From Lingula anatina (lineage: Eukaryota > Animalia > Brachiopoda): a stretch of 64,000 bases of DNA. The position numbers were made by a program, and so were the translations under genes. Below, piece after piece: positions 38,315 through 51,613 of the stretch; positions within the stretch are counted from its first letter, which is position 1, and every line of letters starts with the position of its first letter. The stretch covers positions 6,766,954 to 6,830,953 of the forward strand of contig CM120644.1 in NCBI GenBank assembly GCA_051362555.1. Direction: 5' to 3'. The notes beneath the pieces are model-generated. The model did no database searches, was not told the DNA's origin, and was given only the letters and a program-made list of their open reading frames with translations.

Positions 38315-39475
38315 CACAGTACTGCAGTGAAAAGATGAAGAATTACTATTGGAGTAAAATGAATATGATATTGTGAGAAGTCATAACATGGAGAGTTGTG
38401 GTACCCTTCATAGAGGCATACACTGAAGATACAGTATAGATTTATCAATATTTAAAAATAACAAAAGACAAATGTGCAAACACAAGCAAAGACTAACATT
38501 CCTGCATATTCACATAAAATATAAGTGACTCCAAAATCCTTTAAAAAATCATTACTGTAACCATAAAACAAGTTAAGAGTAAAAAAACCCAATCTATCCA
38601 ATACTTCCTTGAGAAAATCTGAAGCTGATAGAAAGATACAGGCATGCATGCGCGCATGTGCACGCACAAACCCATTTTAGCAACCACATTTTGGCTCACC
38701 TTAAGTCAGTTTATTATAACTGGACAGCGGTCTCTCATCACCAGACCACACCATCCCACATCTCCTCAGACAGCTGTAACAAGATTACCAATTGGCCTCT
38801 ATAGAATCTCTTCTTGGCCTAAGCCTGCTCTAGACACATATGGTTTCCCCAAGTCAGCTTAAACTAAAAGAAAAAAATCAATAACTAACTTTTCACAGTA
38901 AATTACAGTACGCGCGCTGCCAGCATTTTAGTTGGTATGAACCCAGTAACACTAAATGAACAGATGAGACACAATCTTGGATACATGTGTTTACACTCGC
39001 AAACTTCGACCCCAAAACTCACATACTTTTGTTATGGGCTATAATAATGCAGCGCTATCTCCAGGGTAAATGTGGGGTACTCCCTGACCTTCCCTTAAAA
39101 AGATGTAGACAATCCCTTGGACATCATGCTAATTACCCACCAGTATTATTGTAATCAACACAGCAAAGACAACTTGCCAATTTCCAATAATATATGCCTC
39201 CAGTTGACCAGGCAATGTGGACTGATCTCCGGTCTTAACTGGACTGCACAAACAAGCCAATTACTGAACCGTTCTATTGGCAACCTAAATATTGCTTTTA
39301 ATGTCCTTCTGGCTTCTCACAGCACTTACTCTCAACAGCTTCCAAAATGGCCTTAGTTACATCAGTAATGACTTGAGTATGTTGATTACAATAAATCCAT
39401 CAGAGCTCACAGCATGCAATATATATACAGAAATGAAAATGGACATTACATTAAAAGTCGGGGAAATAACACTTT

Positions 39476-39777
39476 GGCCCCATTCAGAATGGATGAACCA
39501 AGTACTTATTGATCGGCCTAATCAGTAACTAAATATGGTCGACCACAGTTCAAAAGTGATGCCACTGATTCGTGATGGTCTTCCACCTCCACACGTGCTG
39601 TCGCTACAGGGGCCTAGCAATTAAACCTTGGAGCAGAGATTTAGTCCGTTTAAAAGTGCGTGTGGAGTCGGGGAGACCATCAGGAATCAGCAGCATTGCT
39701 TTTGAACTGTGGTCAGCCAAACTAGTATTTAGTCGACAGATCAGTAACTGCTCGGATCATCCATTCTGAATGGGGCC
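39476..39777. mobile_element. Palindromic MITE with 21-bp perfect TIR
   Basis: GGCCCCATTCAGAATGGATGA / TCATCCATTCTGAATGGGGCC; inner arms GACCACAGTTCAAAAG / CTTTTGAACTGTGGTC; TTT on both flanks. Confidence 0.82.
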
Positions 39778-41297
39778 TTTCATCCCTTGTTATAGGTTGA
39801 AAACAAAAGACAGTAGTTAACAGTCCAGGGTTGATTGAAGTGCCCAGATGTAGTAGACTCAGCTGTGGGCTAATCCTGAGAACTTATATGTACAACTATT
39901 GATTATCAAATATACCGTGTTGTGTTTCCCATGTAACATTGAACAGACTATGAGATAAGGATCTATTTTAATGCGGTTCAAAACCTGCAACTATTCACTA
40001 CCCTGAATGGTAGGCAAGTCTTAACATTTCATATTTTTTGGCATGAAAAAAGACAAGAAGTACACACAAATAATATGTGCACACAGTTAAGTCATACCTA
40101 TGTTTTCTTTGTCCCAAAATGCCAATAACATATGGTACTGCCGCAGATGCTGAGATATTTAATGCTTCCCTTTGGTAGCATTTAGTGATCCTTCCAATGC
40201 ATACTTTAACTGTGGCATTCAATAGCCTGTTTGCTGAATAGTTGTTATTATTCTTTGCACACCGTATATAATGTTATCTAGGATTATGGAACAGGTGTGC
40301 CTATGTTTGTGTGTGCGCATATGAGCATGTGTGCATGCATGCATGCGTGTGTTAGGACTTAGTAAAGGAAACAGAGCCCGACGGTCAACAGGTCTTCATA
40401 CCAATAGAAGATTGCCTCATTTATCATGATACATGTGCAATAGTAGGTCAACATGAATCTTGTGCCTTGGAATAATAAACAAACAAAAAAGACCTATAAA
40501 CAAATAGATAATCAATAAAAAGTGGCCATAACAACCTACATTGTAGATTGTAAATGTTATCATGTACTAGTACAAACAAGCATTGATGAGTCACCTCACT
40601 TATATTATATCTTGGAACACTTTGGAACTAATTAACACATACCTTAATAAAACTGCCTGCAACCAAAATAAATTCTTATAATCTCCAATTAAGCTCTACT
40701 GGGACTATATGTGCCCAAGACTTTCTTCTTTCAATGAACTAATATATAGAGTACTGTATTCAAGTTATTGGTATGCAAATTCACAAGTCAGCATGACCAG
40801 GACATGCTCCCTGTAATCAAATAATCTGAACATTCTCAGCTGGGTTGGATGCAGTTCATGTCCGTTTTGGCCTCGATAAGACGCAAGCCAGTGAAAATTA
40901 AGATCATTCATACTAAATATATATACTCAGTACACCAACCAGGATATGGAAGTCGCGGTTTTCTTTCCTCGTCTGGTACAGTACACTGCATTCACAGAAC
41001 ACGACCGCCAAAGTCAGTTATCAGCTGTGTCTTATAACCCTGCTACTAACAAGGTCTGTGTAGATTAGTTATCTTGGATGCTATCCGGTGTTGGTATTTT
41101 GATACAGGTGGTAGGAAAAACACCTGGCCTTGCTTGTAACTCCACTTCCTCCGGAGTCTAACAAACCAGGGTGCAAAATAAAAAACAAAATATCCCACAT
41201 GCGTCGCACTGTTTTCCGTGCAAACTACCAGCTTGTGGACTATATAGACTCGTAGAGCTAACCATTAACTAGTATCAAGAAGCTAAAAATTACTTAC

Positions 41298-41400
41298 ATA
41301 TTGCTTAGACAGTTTAATCCAAGAAAAATAGACAGAAAGACGTTCGACCTGAATCGATCAGCTGACCTCCAAATAAACTGGCGTCACAGAAAATTTGATC
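41298..41400 (-). other. Putative non-coding first exon / promoter region of the SNAP47-like gene
   Basis: Minus-strand donor GTAAGT at 41297-41292 in a locally CpG-richer stretch; the ATG exon begins at an acceptor (38321) only 7 nt before the ATG, so an upstream exon is required. The upstream boundary is a guess. Confidence 0.4.
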
Positions 41401-42963
41401 CTCCCCGAACAGAAGAGCTCCCTTAGGGAGAATAGACGGATCCATCAAACCCATGACACGATATAAGTCGATCAAGTTTTCATGATTATAAAAATTCGAT
41501 TATCTTAAGGTTTTCTACTCGTGATTTTTATCCTTGTCTAATGTTCCATAATATAGCATATTTCTCTAGACTAAAACAATTGATTGGTGCAAAATTATTC
41601 AATTAGCCGCCATATCTTCTCAACATTAGGCCTACCTACAGAAAAAAGTATCTTTATCGTTACATTTATTTAAGAGCTTTATTCTTTTCATATGTTACAT
41701 AACAAGCAAACACATAAAAATATAAGCAGTGTGGTCCACGTGCAACCCAGTAGCAAAAAATGGGCACTTATATTTTCTTGATCCTTGATGTCTAAATGTT
41801 TCATTTCAAGGTGTCCCCACAGCCAAAAAAAAGTGCCATGGGGCTCCATTTTAATGTTATATGAAACACCCATTTAAAAATGGGTGTAGAGGAGGGAAAT
41901 CATTCATAATTTAGAATTTTTATAAGATAGGAGTATATATAATGACGTCAAAATTGAGGCATTTTCGTAAAAACGGACCAACAAAGTTGATTTATTCAGA
42001 ACATTTGTGTCAAGAACGTGATTTTTGGACATTAATTAATCAAGTTATAAAATTTGATCTAAAATTCATCTTTAAGCAATTTATATCTATACATATTATT
42101 TAAGATTAATTGTTTTCCATAATTTTATATAGTTCGCGTACTTTCTTCTGGTAATAATTTCATATCGTTTGATTAATATACAGGCACTAAGTTGTTTAAT
42201 ATTATATCATATACTTCGTTATTTGATTTTGCCACGTAGTAGGCCGTTGTCACTTCCAAACGTGTGCTACGTTTTCCAGATGTCTTCAATTTTTGGTCGT
42301 TGATTTATTGTATTTATATTGTAAACAAATCAGTAAATAATCTGTGCTCTTTAGGAAGCAGTTAGTTTTTAATCTGACATGTCCGTGGTTTTCAGCGCAT
42401 CAACTAAACCACTTCTTTAAGCTGTCGCCCACTGTTAACAAAAAAAGTACAATAATCTAAAAAGACAAAACCACGTAATTTTCTCATTTTCTATAGTCTA
42501 CGCGAAAATTTGTTTTTGTCTGATTTTTTTTATATTTTTTATTTTACATTTGCCAAGCTAAATGAAACAAAAATGTTATCCCCCATGTACAAACTTATAA
42601 AAACCTGAAAATGTTTTATTTTATTTATGAAATAATTTTTTAATGTCTTTATTTGTCAAGAATTGGGAAAAAATTAATTAAAAGAGATTTTGCTGCCGGT
42701 GTTTGGGGATTTTCTTAGTGGTAGTTTCAAGACGGTCATCTAGAATATTTCGCACATAGCTGACTCTAATTTTGTGTTTAATTTTGAAAGTAATAAATAT
42801 ATTTTACAGAATCTTGAAAGAGTGAGTAAACATATGAAAAAATAAATAAAATGTTTTTGTTTGATTTTTTGTGCGGAGTAAAAAGAAAAAAGAAAATTAG
42901 ATTGCACTGCCTAGGAGTGTGTAATAGTCCTTTTTTTGAGCTTTTTACACAGAACATAACCAT

Positions 42964-42996
<33 letters not shown>

Positions 42997-43925
42997 CACA
43001 CAGAAATAGAGACACAATATTAATTATACTAACCTGGTTGCAAACCAAGTTCAAATTAATGGGCCCATTTTTATCTGTACTTTTATGGGATAATCTCGAA
43101 AACTTCATTAGGGACTCAAAAGCATAAGAGCGTTTTAAGTCAGCCTATCTAAGTTTTATATATAAAAAAAGGATTGCTAAAATTTATTTTGACAACAATT
43201 TCTATAAACCCTTTATTGTTATATTGATAATATTTTTATTTTTGTTTATTTAATTGTACCATGGAGAAGATAAATTTTATATTAGCCGTGTTTTTACCTG
43301 CAATAAATAAAGTTAAATGGATAGATTAATTCTTGCTAACCCAAGTAGTGAATATCGGCTGGAGAAAGAAAACCAGTCGCTTTTTGGAATTTGCATTATT
43401 AAGTGTACCAACCTATAAACATCCTGTATAACAATCGCATGCAATGCCTTCTTTTGATTTAGGATTTTTTAAATTTAATTTCTTTCCATCATCACCGTAA
43501 TCTTTTTCAACTTTATCTAAATATTTTAATTCAGTTATTTATCTTATTTCATTTTTCATTTGTTTTATTTAGTTAAAAATATTATATTTTACCTTGATCG
43601 AGTCTAAGATCTAATATCCGTTTAAACATTTTATTTGTCAACTTTTTTACAGTTATTTACAGATGTGGCTATTCTGCCCGACACCACAGAAATGAAGTCC
43701 AAGTTCAGTGCTCGATAAAATGTACTTTACAGCAGGTTTACCTGTGATAACGCAGAGAAACATACGGTCAAATATTATACATTCTAAGATTCAAAGATTC
43801 TCTGGATATAATGATAGCGTAGTTTGACAATTTGTAAGTAATGAAAAAATAAGATTTACAAACATTTGGCTCCGGAGATGAGGAAATCAAACAAACATGA
43901 GTAGATCGATACTACTACTACTACT

Positions 43926-43927
<2 letters not shown>

Positions 43928-43974
<47 letters not shown>
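43928..43974. repeat. (AAT)n microsatellite
   Basis: Direct reading. Confidence 0.95.
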
Positions 43975-45492
43975 GTATATGTAGTAGCACTGTCAAGGGG
44001 GTAACAAATTTTAAAATGAAAATATTGCATTAGAAAAAAAACCTCTTCTATATGCCAAGTACTTCATAACCTCGGTGTGTCGTATAGGTACACCAGATTA
44101 CCGTCCATGCATTTCAGCTGTAAAGTGCACTTAGGAATGACCTGTTTTAAAATGAGGGAGCAGATAAACTCTTCCCTTAGCCCCTCGTGCCCTATAGTGA
44201 TAGATATAATTAACAGGTTACATTAAATGTATTTTCTCCCTAGCTGATCCAAGTTATCAGCAAGGGAGAAATTAAATTTAATGATGAAATTACTGATTAA
44301 ATTGATCTCGATATTTGCATTAATATATAATGAAGATATCACTCTCATGTTTTGTTTATTCAAAATGTGTGTATTTGTGTGTGTATGCCTGCGTTTGTTC
44401 GTTTTCTGTTTTAGTTACTGCAAATTAAAATTATGTATATCTGTATGAAAACACAACTATATTGGAAAATTAACAACATCCGTTACTCTCAGCCTTCATT
44501 TGCTGGGGTTTGACATTAAATGCGTCCTTGTAGGTGGAGGCAGACCCATTAATGCGATTGGTGTACTTGTACATGGTATTTCTCGGGTCTCATCTGTCAC
44601 GCTAGTCAGAACAATGGCGCCCTCTACCCCCTCCCCCCACCAGGGGTCTCCTCAGTCTTCTCTCGCTGTTACCATGGTGAAGGGACCCCCGCCCTCCCCT
44701 CTCTCTCTCTCTCTCTCTCTCAAAGGTTCATCCATTTTTATCTTCAACTTCAAAGACTCTGTCCCTTGGAGAGTACAATAACAAGGTGAAAGCCAAAAAT
44801 GATGAACTTTGACAGAGATTTGGATCATCACTTTTTTAAATGAAGATAAAAATGGATGACCCTTAACATTCTTTGGACAAAAATGATGCAGATTAAAAAA
44901 ATGAAAATGGACAATAACAGCCGCAATGTTCACACGTGAATACGTTCGGTTTTCAAATAGTCAAGATGACGGGGTGTTGACACTTGGTGTTCTTGAAATT
45001 TAACTCAAGCCAACGACCACGATTTCTTAACCACTGTAAATTTATGTTGGTATATTTCTCTTCATTAACTTTTACATGATCTATATTGAAGCGTTTTGTT
45101 GACCACCTTATTTAATCCCTTTTTTTTTCAATAAAACGCTCTTTTATTAGACAATCCATGGATGGATTTGGGTGTATATAATGGATAGTAAAGTATAAGC
45201 AACTAACATGCCCGTCAGCTGGGTTTTAAGCGCGCCGAATTTGTATTATACTGTGTGCCTAAATGGCTGTTATTGACACCTAGGCCTACCTCACTGAGTT
45301 GTTTAAAATTTTTATTGTGCATTTTGATTTTTTTAAAACATTTCATTGGAAGATCCACGATTAAGCCAGAGAGTGTACGTGGCACACGAATGTAATGCAT
45401 TTGCCGATCACGGTTGCATGAAAATGGACGATAACGAAGCGATATGCCTTGTTCATCGTTTATTATCTTGCTTCACATTCCTGCGTGCCGCA

Positions 45493-45570
45493 CCAATCTT
45501 TACCCCACCTGAAACATATTAGACCATCATGACGTCATTTATACCCCGCCCGAGTAGAGCAGAATATATC
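45493..45570 (+). promoter_or_regulatory. Promoter of EF-hand gene 1: CCAAT, full CRE, GC box, weak TATA-like element
   Basis: CCAAT 45493-45497; TGACGTCA 45530-45537; CCGCCC 45546-45551; AATATAT ~45563; ATG at 45644. Confidence 0.6.
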
Positions 45571-45643
45571 ACCGGTCGGCACTTTCTCTCTCCCGCTCAC
45601 AACCAAACGGTTTCATCAACTCGCCAACCACGTACGAATCATT

Positions 45644-45778
45644 ATGGCATCAGAGCAGGCAAAATTCGAGGCATTCTTCAAGAATGCCGATAAAGACGGC
45701 AGCGGCAGTCTGACCTTTGACGAGCTCGCACAGACGCTGAGGAACAGCGGCTACAAGGGATCGGACGAGACTCTGAAG
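45644..45778 (+). CDS. EF-hand gene 1, exon 1 (EF1)
   Basis: MASEQAKFEAFFKNADKDGSGSLTFDELAQTLRNSGYKGSDETLK; AAG|GTAAAA donor, phase 0. Confidence 0.92.
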
Positions 45779-48700
45779 GTAAAACTATCTGAGACGCTGC
45801 TATTTTCCTTAACAAGTGCACCAACGTTGTTTTGCACTCTCCGTTCAGCATATTCTATTTAAACACTGTTTTTACGGCGCACCTACTGCGCTGCCTGATC
45901 TATGTAAACGTAATGACTCCGGTTAATCTGACCCGGTCTGATAGGGTTACCCTGAGTTCAAAGGCTGCTTATAGTGATAGTCCCTTCTATACTCGCGTAT
46001 TACCGGTGGAAGAATCCTGATCTTGAAAGATCCCGAGTCTCAGGGTGCGTTTACACCGAAGTATATAGGCTTTCATGTCTGTCGCGGCAGAATAACATGA
46101 CTTGAATATTATGAAAAAATATTCACAGTTTTTGGATTGGACGACTCTCACTTTATGCACGCTATTTCACAACGCAAACGATAACATTTTAACGTTGCTA
46201 AAAGATGTTTGACACTTCTTTAACCGCGTAAACAAAAAGAAACACCTTGACAGGGGCGGATTTAGGCTGTCTTCTGGGTCTTCCGGAAGACGGTCAGATT
46301 TCCAAGTTTACATAGACGGGTATCTAACTTTTTCTGTCGGAAGACGGTCAAATATGAGGATGCATCAACAAAGATAATTTGGAAGACTGTCAGAAAATAT
46401 CTCTGCATCCGCCCCTGCTTGACATTAAGGAGTGTGCGACGTAGAGTAGACCCGCAAAGTAAAGTTAACAATATCTTTTATTCATGTTTGCAATGAAGGC
46501 CCCATATGACCTGTGAGTAACAACATAAAGCTTTCAAATATAGGGCATCTGTCTGGCCCGGTGTACAGACGCCGCAGCGGTAGTTGATTTCTGACATTTA
46601 CGACTTATTACCAATTAAAAACAAACTCAACACACCAGGGTTGAAACGTCTTTGAAAACGTCACACTGACTCACACAGCAAGACAATTTGTCCCATAAGT
46701 CAGCAGTGGTGTTGGATATTATGGGGACAGGTTATTTTGTTGAGGTGTTATAAGAAATATGAAGTTCTCCGGCTCATAATAGGTTGCTCCCATAGATCGC
46801 CCGCATTGAGTGTCACCCGCCTCTGAACCGTGGAACTTTGAGGACACGGGTCGGTCCGCTGTTTTACTCTCTCTTTGTTGAACTTATCTGAACTGTCTCG
46901 AAAGCTTCCTTTTGAAAGTATTTAAATATGTTCTTTTGTCATGCCAAGAAGGTATCTGGTTGCATGGTTTTGCTGCAAATTCTTTCGCCGTACTAATAAA
47001 CTCAGTCTGAGTAACGAGCTTAAAAGAAGCTTTATTTTTATCTCTGAAACCCCGGAAGAGTGGATAGTATTGCATATGAGCAAATGCACCGCGATGCACT
47101 GAAGGTGCTGTCGCAGAAGTATAAACGATTTTGCTAAGGATTTTAAGATGCAGAAAATACTGGCCCGCGGGTACGGTAGGGGTGGGAGGGTGTTAAAAGG
47201 AACCGCCCATTAAGTCGAAAAAGTCCAGTTCTAGATCAACATTCGATGTTGTTTCTATGACATTTCTCAAGTGGGGTCAACGAAAGTGGGGGGGAGGGGG
47301 GGCTCTTTTTTCAGACCCCCCCCCCCCCCCCTTTGAAATTTCTGGATGCAGGTCTATAGTGACAGAGAACACGAAACAGATATGACTCTTTTCATTTAAG
47401 ATAATTTTTGCCGGATTATATCACCAGAGTGTTATGGAGAGGTACGCTAGGGTGAATCCTGGTACATATCCGCCCGCTGTGTGATAAATGGGGTTACATG
47501 CCTTTACAACCGCTAGAATGGGTACGCCTGGCTACCGGCCTCTTTCTACTTTCTTGTAACTATTTTCTTCTTTTGATTTATCTCGAGCCAATTGAGAAAA
47601 TACCGGTCTTTACAATACATAGTAAGAAGGAGTTATTCATTGTTATTGCAGAGAAGCATTATTGTAAGAAGGTGCTTTTATGTTAGAATTGTGAATGCCA
47701 GGAAAAAAAGCTTTACTCAATTCTTTCGCGCCAAAAATTCAACCACCGCTCCCATGGATAAAACAATACATATTAAATATTTATTCAGTTCTCTTTCTTC
47801 TGGGTACAAAAATATATCCTGATACAAAAAACATGTACCTGTGTTAAATACCAACTATTCTGAATAATTTTAGCGTATAAGATATCTCATTTTAGGATTT
47901 CATCCGCATCATAGAAAATAAAGAATGGAATACACCGAAACTCGGGGTGCACTTCCCAGGCAAGTCGTTGTACAGCTATGATAATGGAAGTAGGCCCAAT
48001 TTATTGTCCAGGGCAGTCGTATTGATTTTTTCCTCACAGAAATGTGTGATAAAAACCAACAACAAACAGGCAACCAAACGTCGACGGGACAGTAGTACAT
48101 ATTGTAGGGCATTTCTATAAATAGATTTAACAAGCTCTTTTCGTTTCTTTGGCGTGAAGAAGACGTTTATCTGTGATAAATGGGAGTGGTACTAATTAGA
48201 ACAGCTGCTAAGCGGCTTGAATCCTCAATACAAAAACCTGGGACTTGACAGCATGATCTATCAGAATTTTTTAGGTAATGGCGTTTGTTTTTGGGCTACC
48301 ATAGGCTGATTAAAATATCGTGGTTTCCCACCCGGACTTAAGTAGTATTTTCGAGTCAGTTAACCTCTGCTTAAACTGCTACCAGTTGCCCCTCCTGTTA
48401 TCGATCTTGTATCCTTTACTGAAGAGAGAGATGTAAATAATAACAAACGGTTTTTGCGTTATCATCTGAGAGTCAGAGGAATTACGCCGAATTTTTTGTT
48501 TCTGACAGAGTGCAGTAGTCTTCACCCTGACGGTCAGGGATTTTCAGTCTCTGCCCATCCAAATAATTGTCACCGTTCACGACTGCACTCTCAGGGTGCA
48601 TGGTCTGCCCATTCACAACAGCCTTCTTTTTCTTTTCGACTTCAGTATTCCAACCGCAGCTACTTATAATGCAAGTCCTTTTTTTTCTTTTGGGCTCTGC

Positions 48701-51576
48701 TGCCACCTGGTCCTTGAACGTGTTCAAAATATGACTCATAGTTTTCTGACTCCTTTATGTGCGATGGAAAGAAAGCTACCTCAGAAGGAATTGCATCTCC
48801 ACAAGCTACAAATTAAACCACAAAAAAGTGCGTCTCTGACATCCTTTTTATTGTTTCTATATGATTAATACTTTTCTACATAAATACATGATGTCAAGCG
48901 AAGGCAGTTTCAAATTAAGATTAAACTTTCACTTAAAATTGGAGTTTAACAGCTGTATGAAGCGATGTAATCTTTATGTTCACTTTTACTCATCAACAGT
49001 CGTACCTGTACGCAAATAGTTTTCGCCTATTTTACGGAAAGATCCATAAAATTTGAGAAATATGATATGTGGTGCACGTAGTGAGCGTGTTTTTAATCAT
49101 TAATATACCGTACACGTTCAAATTATGCTGGTTATTTGTGCAGTGTACTTAATATCCGTCTCTGTTTTGCGCTCTCACGAATATCTCTGATGAGCATTAC
49201 GAAAGGTTATATTCGTCTACCAGGCGCCGCGTCATACGGTGATGTTTTTTTTATGATTTTTCTGGAACCAGAATAATGAAAGCTAGATTTTAAGTTCACT
49301 GTGTTAAAATGTGTTTATGAATGTGTTTGTGCGTGTGTGCATATGCATATGTGTGTGTGTGCGTGCATGCATGTGTGTGCATGCGCGCGCGCGCGCGCGC
49401 GTGTGTGTGCGTGTGTGTGAGAGAGAGAGAGAGGGGTTGAGGGAGAAGTACCCTACCCAACCAACTTAGCCCCTATTTTCATTCTCTTCGCAGACTGGCC
49501 GTAAGTACTCTAACACAAAATTTTACGATGTAGACAGAGAAATTTAAGTCAGTAAGTCGGTAGACACTTCAAGGCCGAACAGTGATGCCCTGAATTTCAG
49601 AGGTTACAACAGAGGCATACTGATAATAGATAGGCGTGTTAACAGTGAACCCCAGAACCCCAGGGTGCGTAATGAGAACTAGTAGTGGCTGACTCTTGTT
49701 AGGAAAATAGAGCACCAGCTTCTTGTACTTAAAAAACTGCTCTCGCTCTAAATCAATATTACAGTCTGTAGGAGAGACTGCGGAATTCAAGACGTAATCA
49801 AAAACAACTGTCAGGTTAATATCTCAGTTACGCAACTTAGGGTGTGATATTTTTTTTTGATTTTCCGACCCAATTTAGAGAGCTATCTTTAAAAGGCAAT
49901 ATCAAGTCTATGGAGTGCTTATAGCACTGTAAAATCCACTGTAAAATCAGACTGGACGAAGGCGAGCACATGACAAGCGGTGTATGTAGAATTAGCAATC
50001 CTGAAATCAATAGTTTCATGTGGATAAGGGTCTTCGGTGGAGTTGCTCGCGTAATAAAAACAAGTGGTAGCGGAAAACAATGAAGTGCCAGCGGTGAATG
50101 TTCATTATTATTGTTGGAAATGTGGTGATGAAAAAGCTGTTTAAGTCACCAAAGCGCTCTTTTTGCCCTATTTACCTCACCGGGGAATAATTCGTTGGGG
50201 AAACGCAGAAAACATTACGACAACAGCGGCAGTGTATTACTTTGATTGTACTTTTTAACGTAATAGGTGTTAAATAGAAAGTGCTCTGACATCATGGACG
50301 AGAAGCAGTTTTGTTACGGTTCTAACTACCGAAGTAATCATACTGCCAATTGATAGCAATCCGAATTTTTTCCATTTACTTCTGCAAACATATGTAATTA
50401 TATTTTATATCTCCATCCAATACAGCTTTGAGAGAAAAAAAACAAAAATGTGAGGTCAATCTACTTATGTGAACGCCAATGCAGTGTAATACTAACAAGA
50501 AAATCTAAAACGAAAATTATATCTAATTTAGATAGATTTAGATAGAAATTTTTGATAAATAGAATGTATAATAGTCTTAAAAATTATTGCATTAGGTTCT
50601 GTTATTTTCTTTTACTTAAATTACATCTACTCTGAAGGACGTGAATAATGTATTATTTATTGTGATATAATACCTAACATAACTCTGTCACAGTTCATTC
50701 ATTTTTCTTCCTTTCTGTATTTTTAATTTGAATGAGATTGGTCAGGATATTTTCAACCACCGAGTATTTCGAGTATGACCTGGAGCGGTCGGTTGTTTTA
50801 GAAGATTACAACCTGCGAGTTCATGAGAAAAGATCAAATGCTGAGACGGATTCTTCTAGGCATTGAATATTTTAATGTCACTTCTTCCATATTCCTGTTA
50901 TATTTTGTTAGCAAAATCCCTTAAAGCCAAGCGCGTCGTCGTAGCTTCCTAGGCGTGAGACTCGGTCACAATGTAGATAAACCGTATTGTATTAAACATC
51001 ATAATTTCGAAAGTATTTGCCTTATTGGCATGGGTGGTTTGTCCAAGGAGACTCATTCACTTCAAAACCAGGCGAAACTTCATAAGGAACGCCAGCCCCG
51101 TATTCATGGCGGTTGAGTGGGATCAATCGAACCACCCTTTGGGACAGGGGAAAGGGCCACTCTGAGCCAAAATGTGATTTAAAAGTTCTATTGTAAAAAG
51201 GCCCACCTCTTCATATAAAGACATCCCTTTGGGATTGCTAGCTAGAGACATGAACGCTGAACGCATGGCAAACAATGTGGAGAAACAACATAGGAATCCA
51301 ACCCAGATCTTTGGTTGCTTCGATCAGAAACAAATTCAGCTTTAATATATACCTCGACTGCCGCAGTTTCTGCCCTCTCACTACTCAATTAATTGAAATG
51401 GCATTAACCTGTCACCAAGTAAAGCGCGCCTAGGACAACTTGAAATGCCAGAAGTGGCACGCATTTCCTCCTACACATAATGTTCAGGACCGTCACCCGT
51501 ACACGATTACACAGGCCGAGTACAGGGAATTTATTTCAACCAGACAATTTTCCTACAATTTTCAGCTTAAGTATGA

Positions 51577-51613
<37 letters not shown>

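Noticed and set aside
38700-38863. Possible extra 5'UTR exon of SNAP47 (minus-strand AG...GTGAG)
   Set aside because: Splice signals are plausible but there is no independent support without transcripts.
48482-48739. Minus-strand 85-aa ORF with short inverted repeats (CCCTGACGGTCAGGG; AGAGTGCAGT/ACTGCACTCT)
   Set aside because: No recognisable domain or exon structure; likely decayed repeat. BLASTx would settle it.
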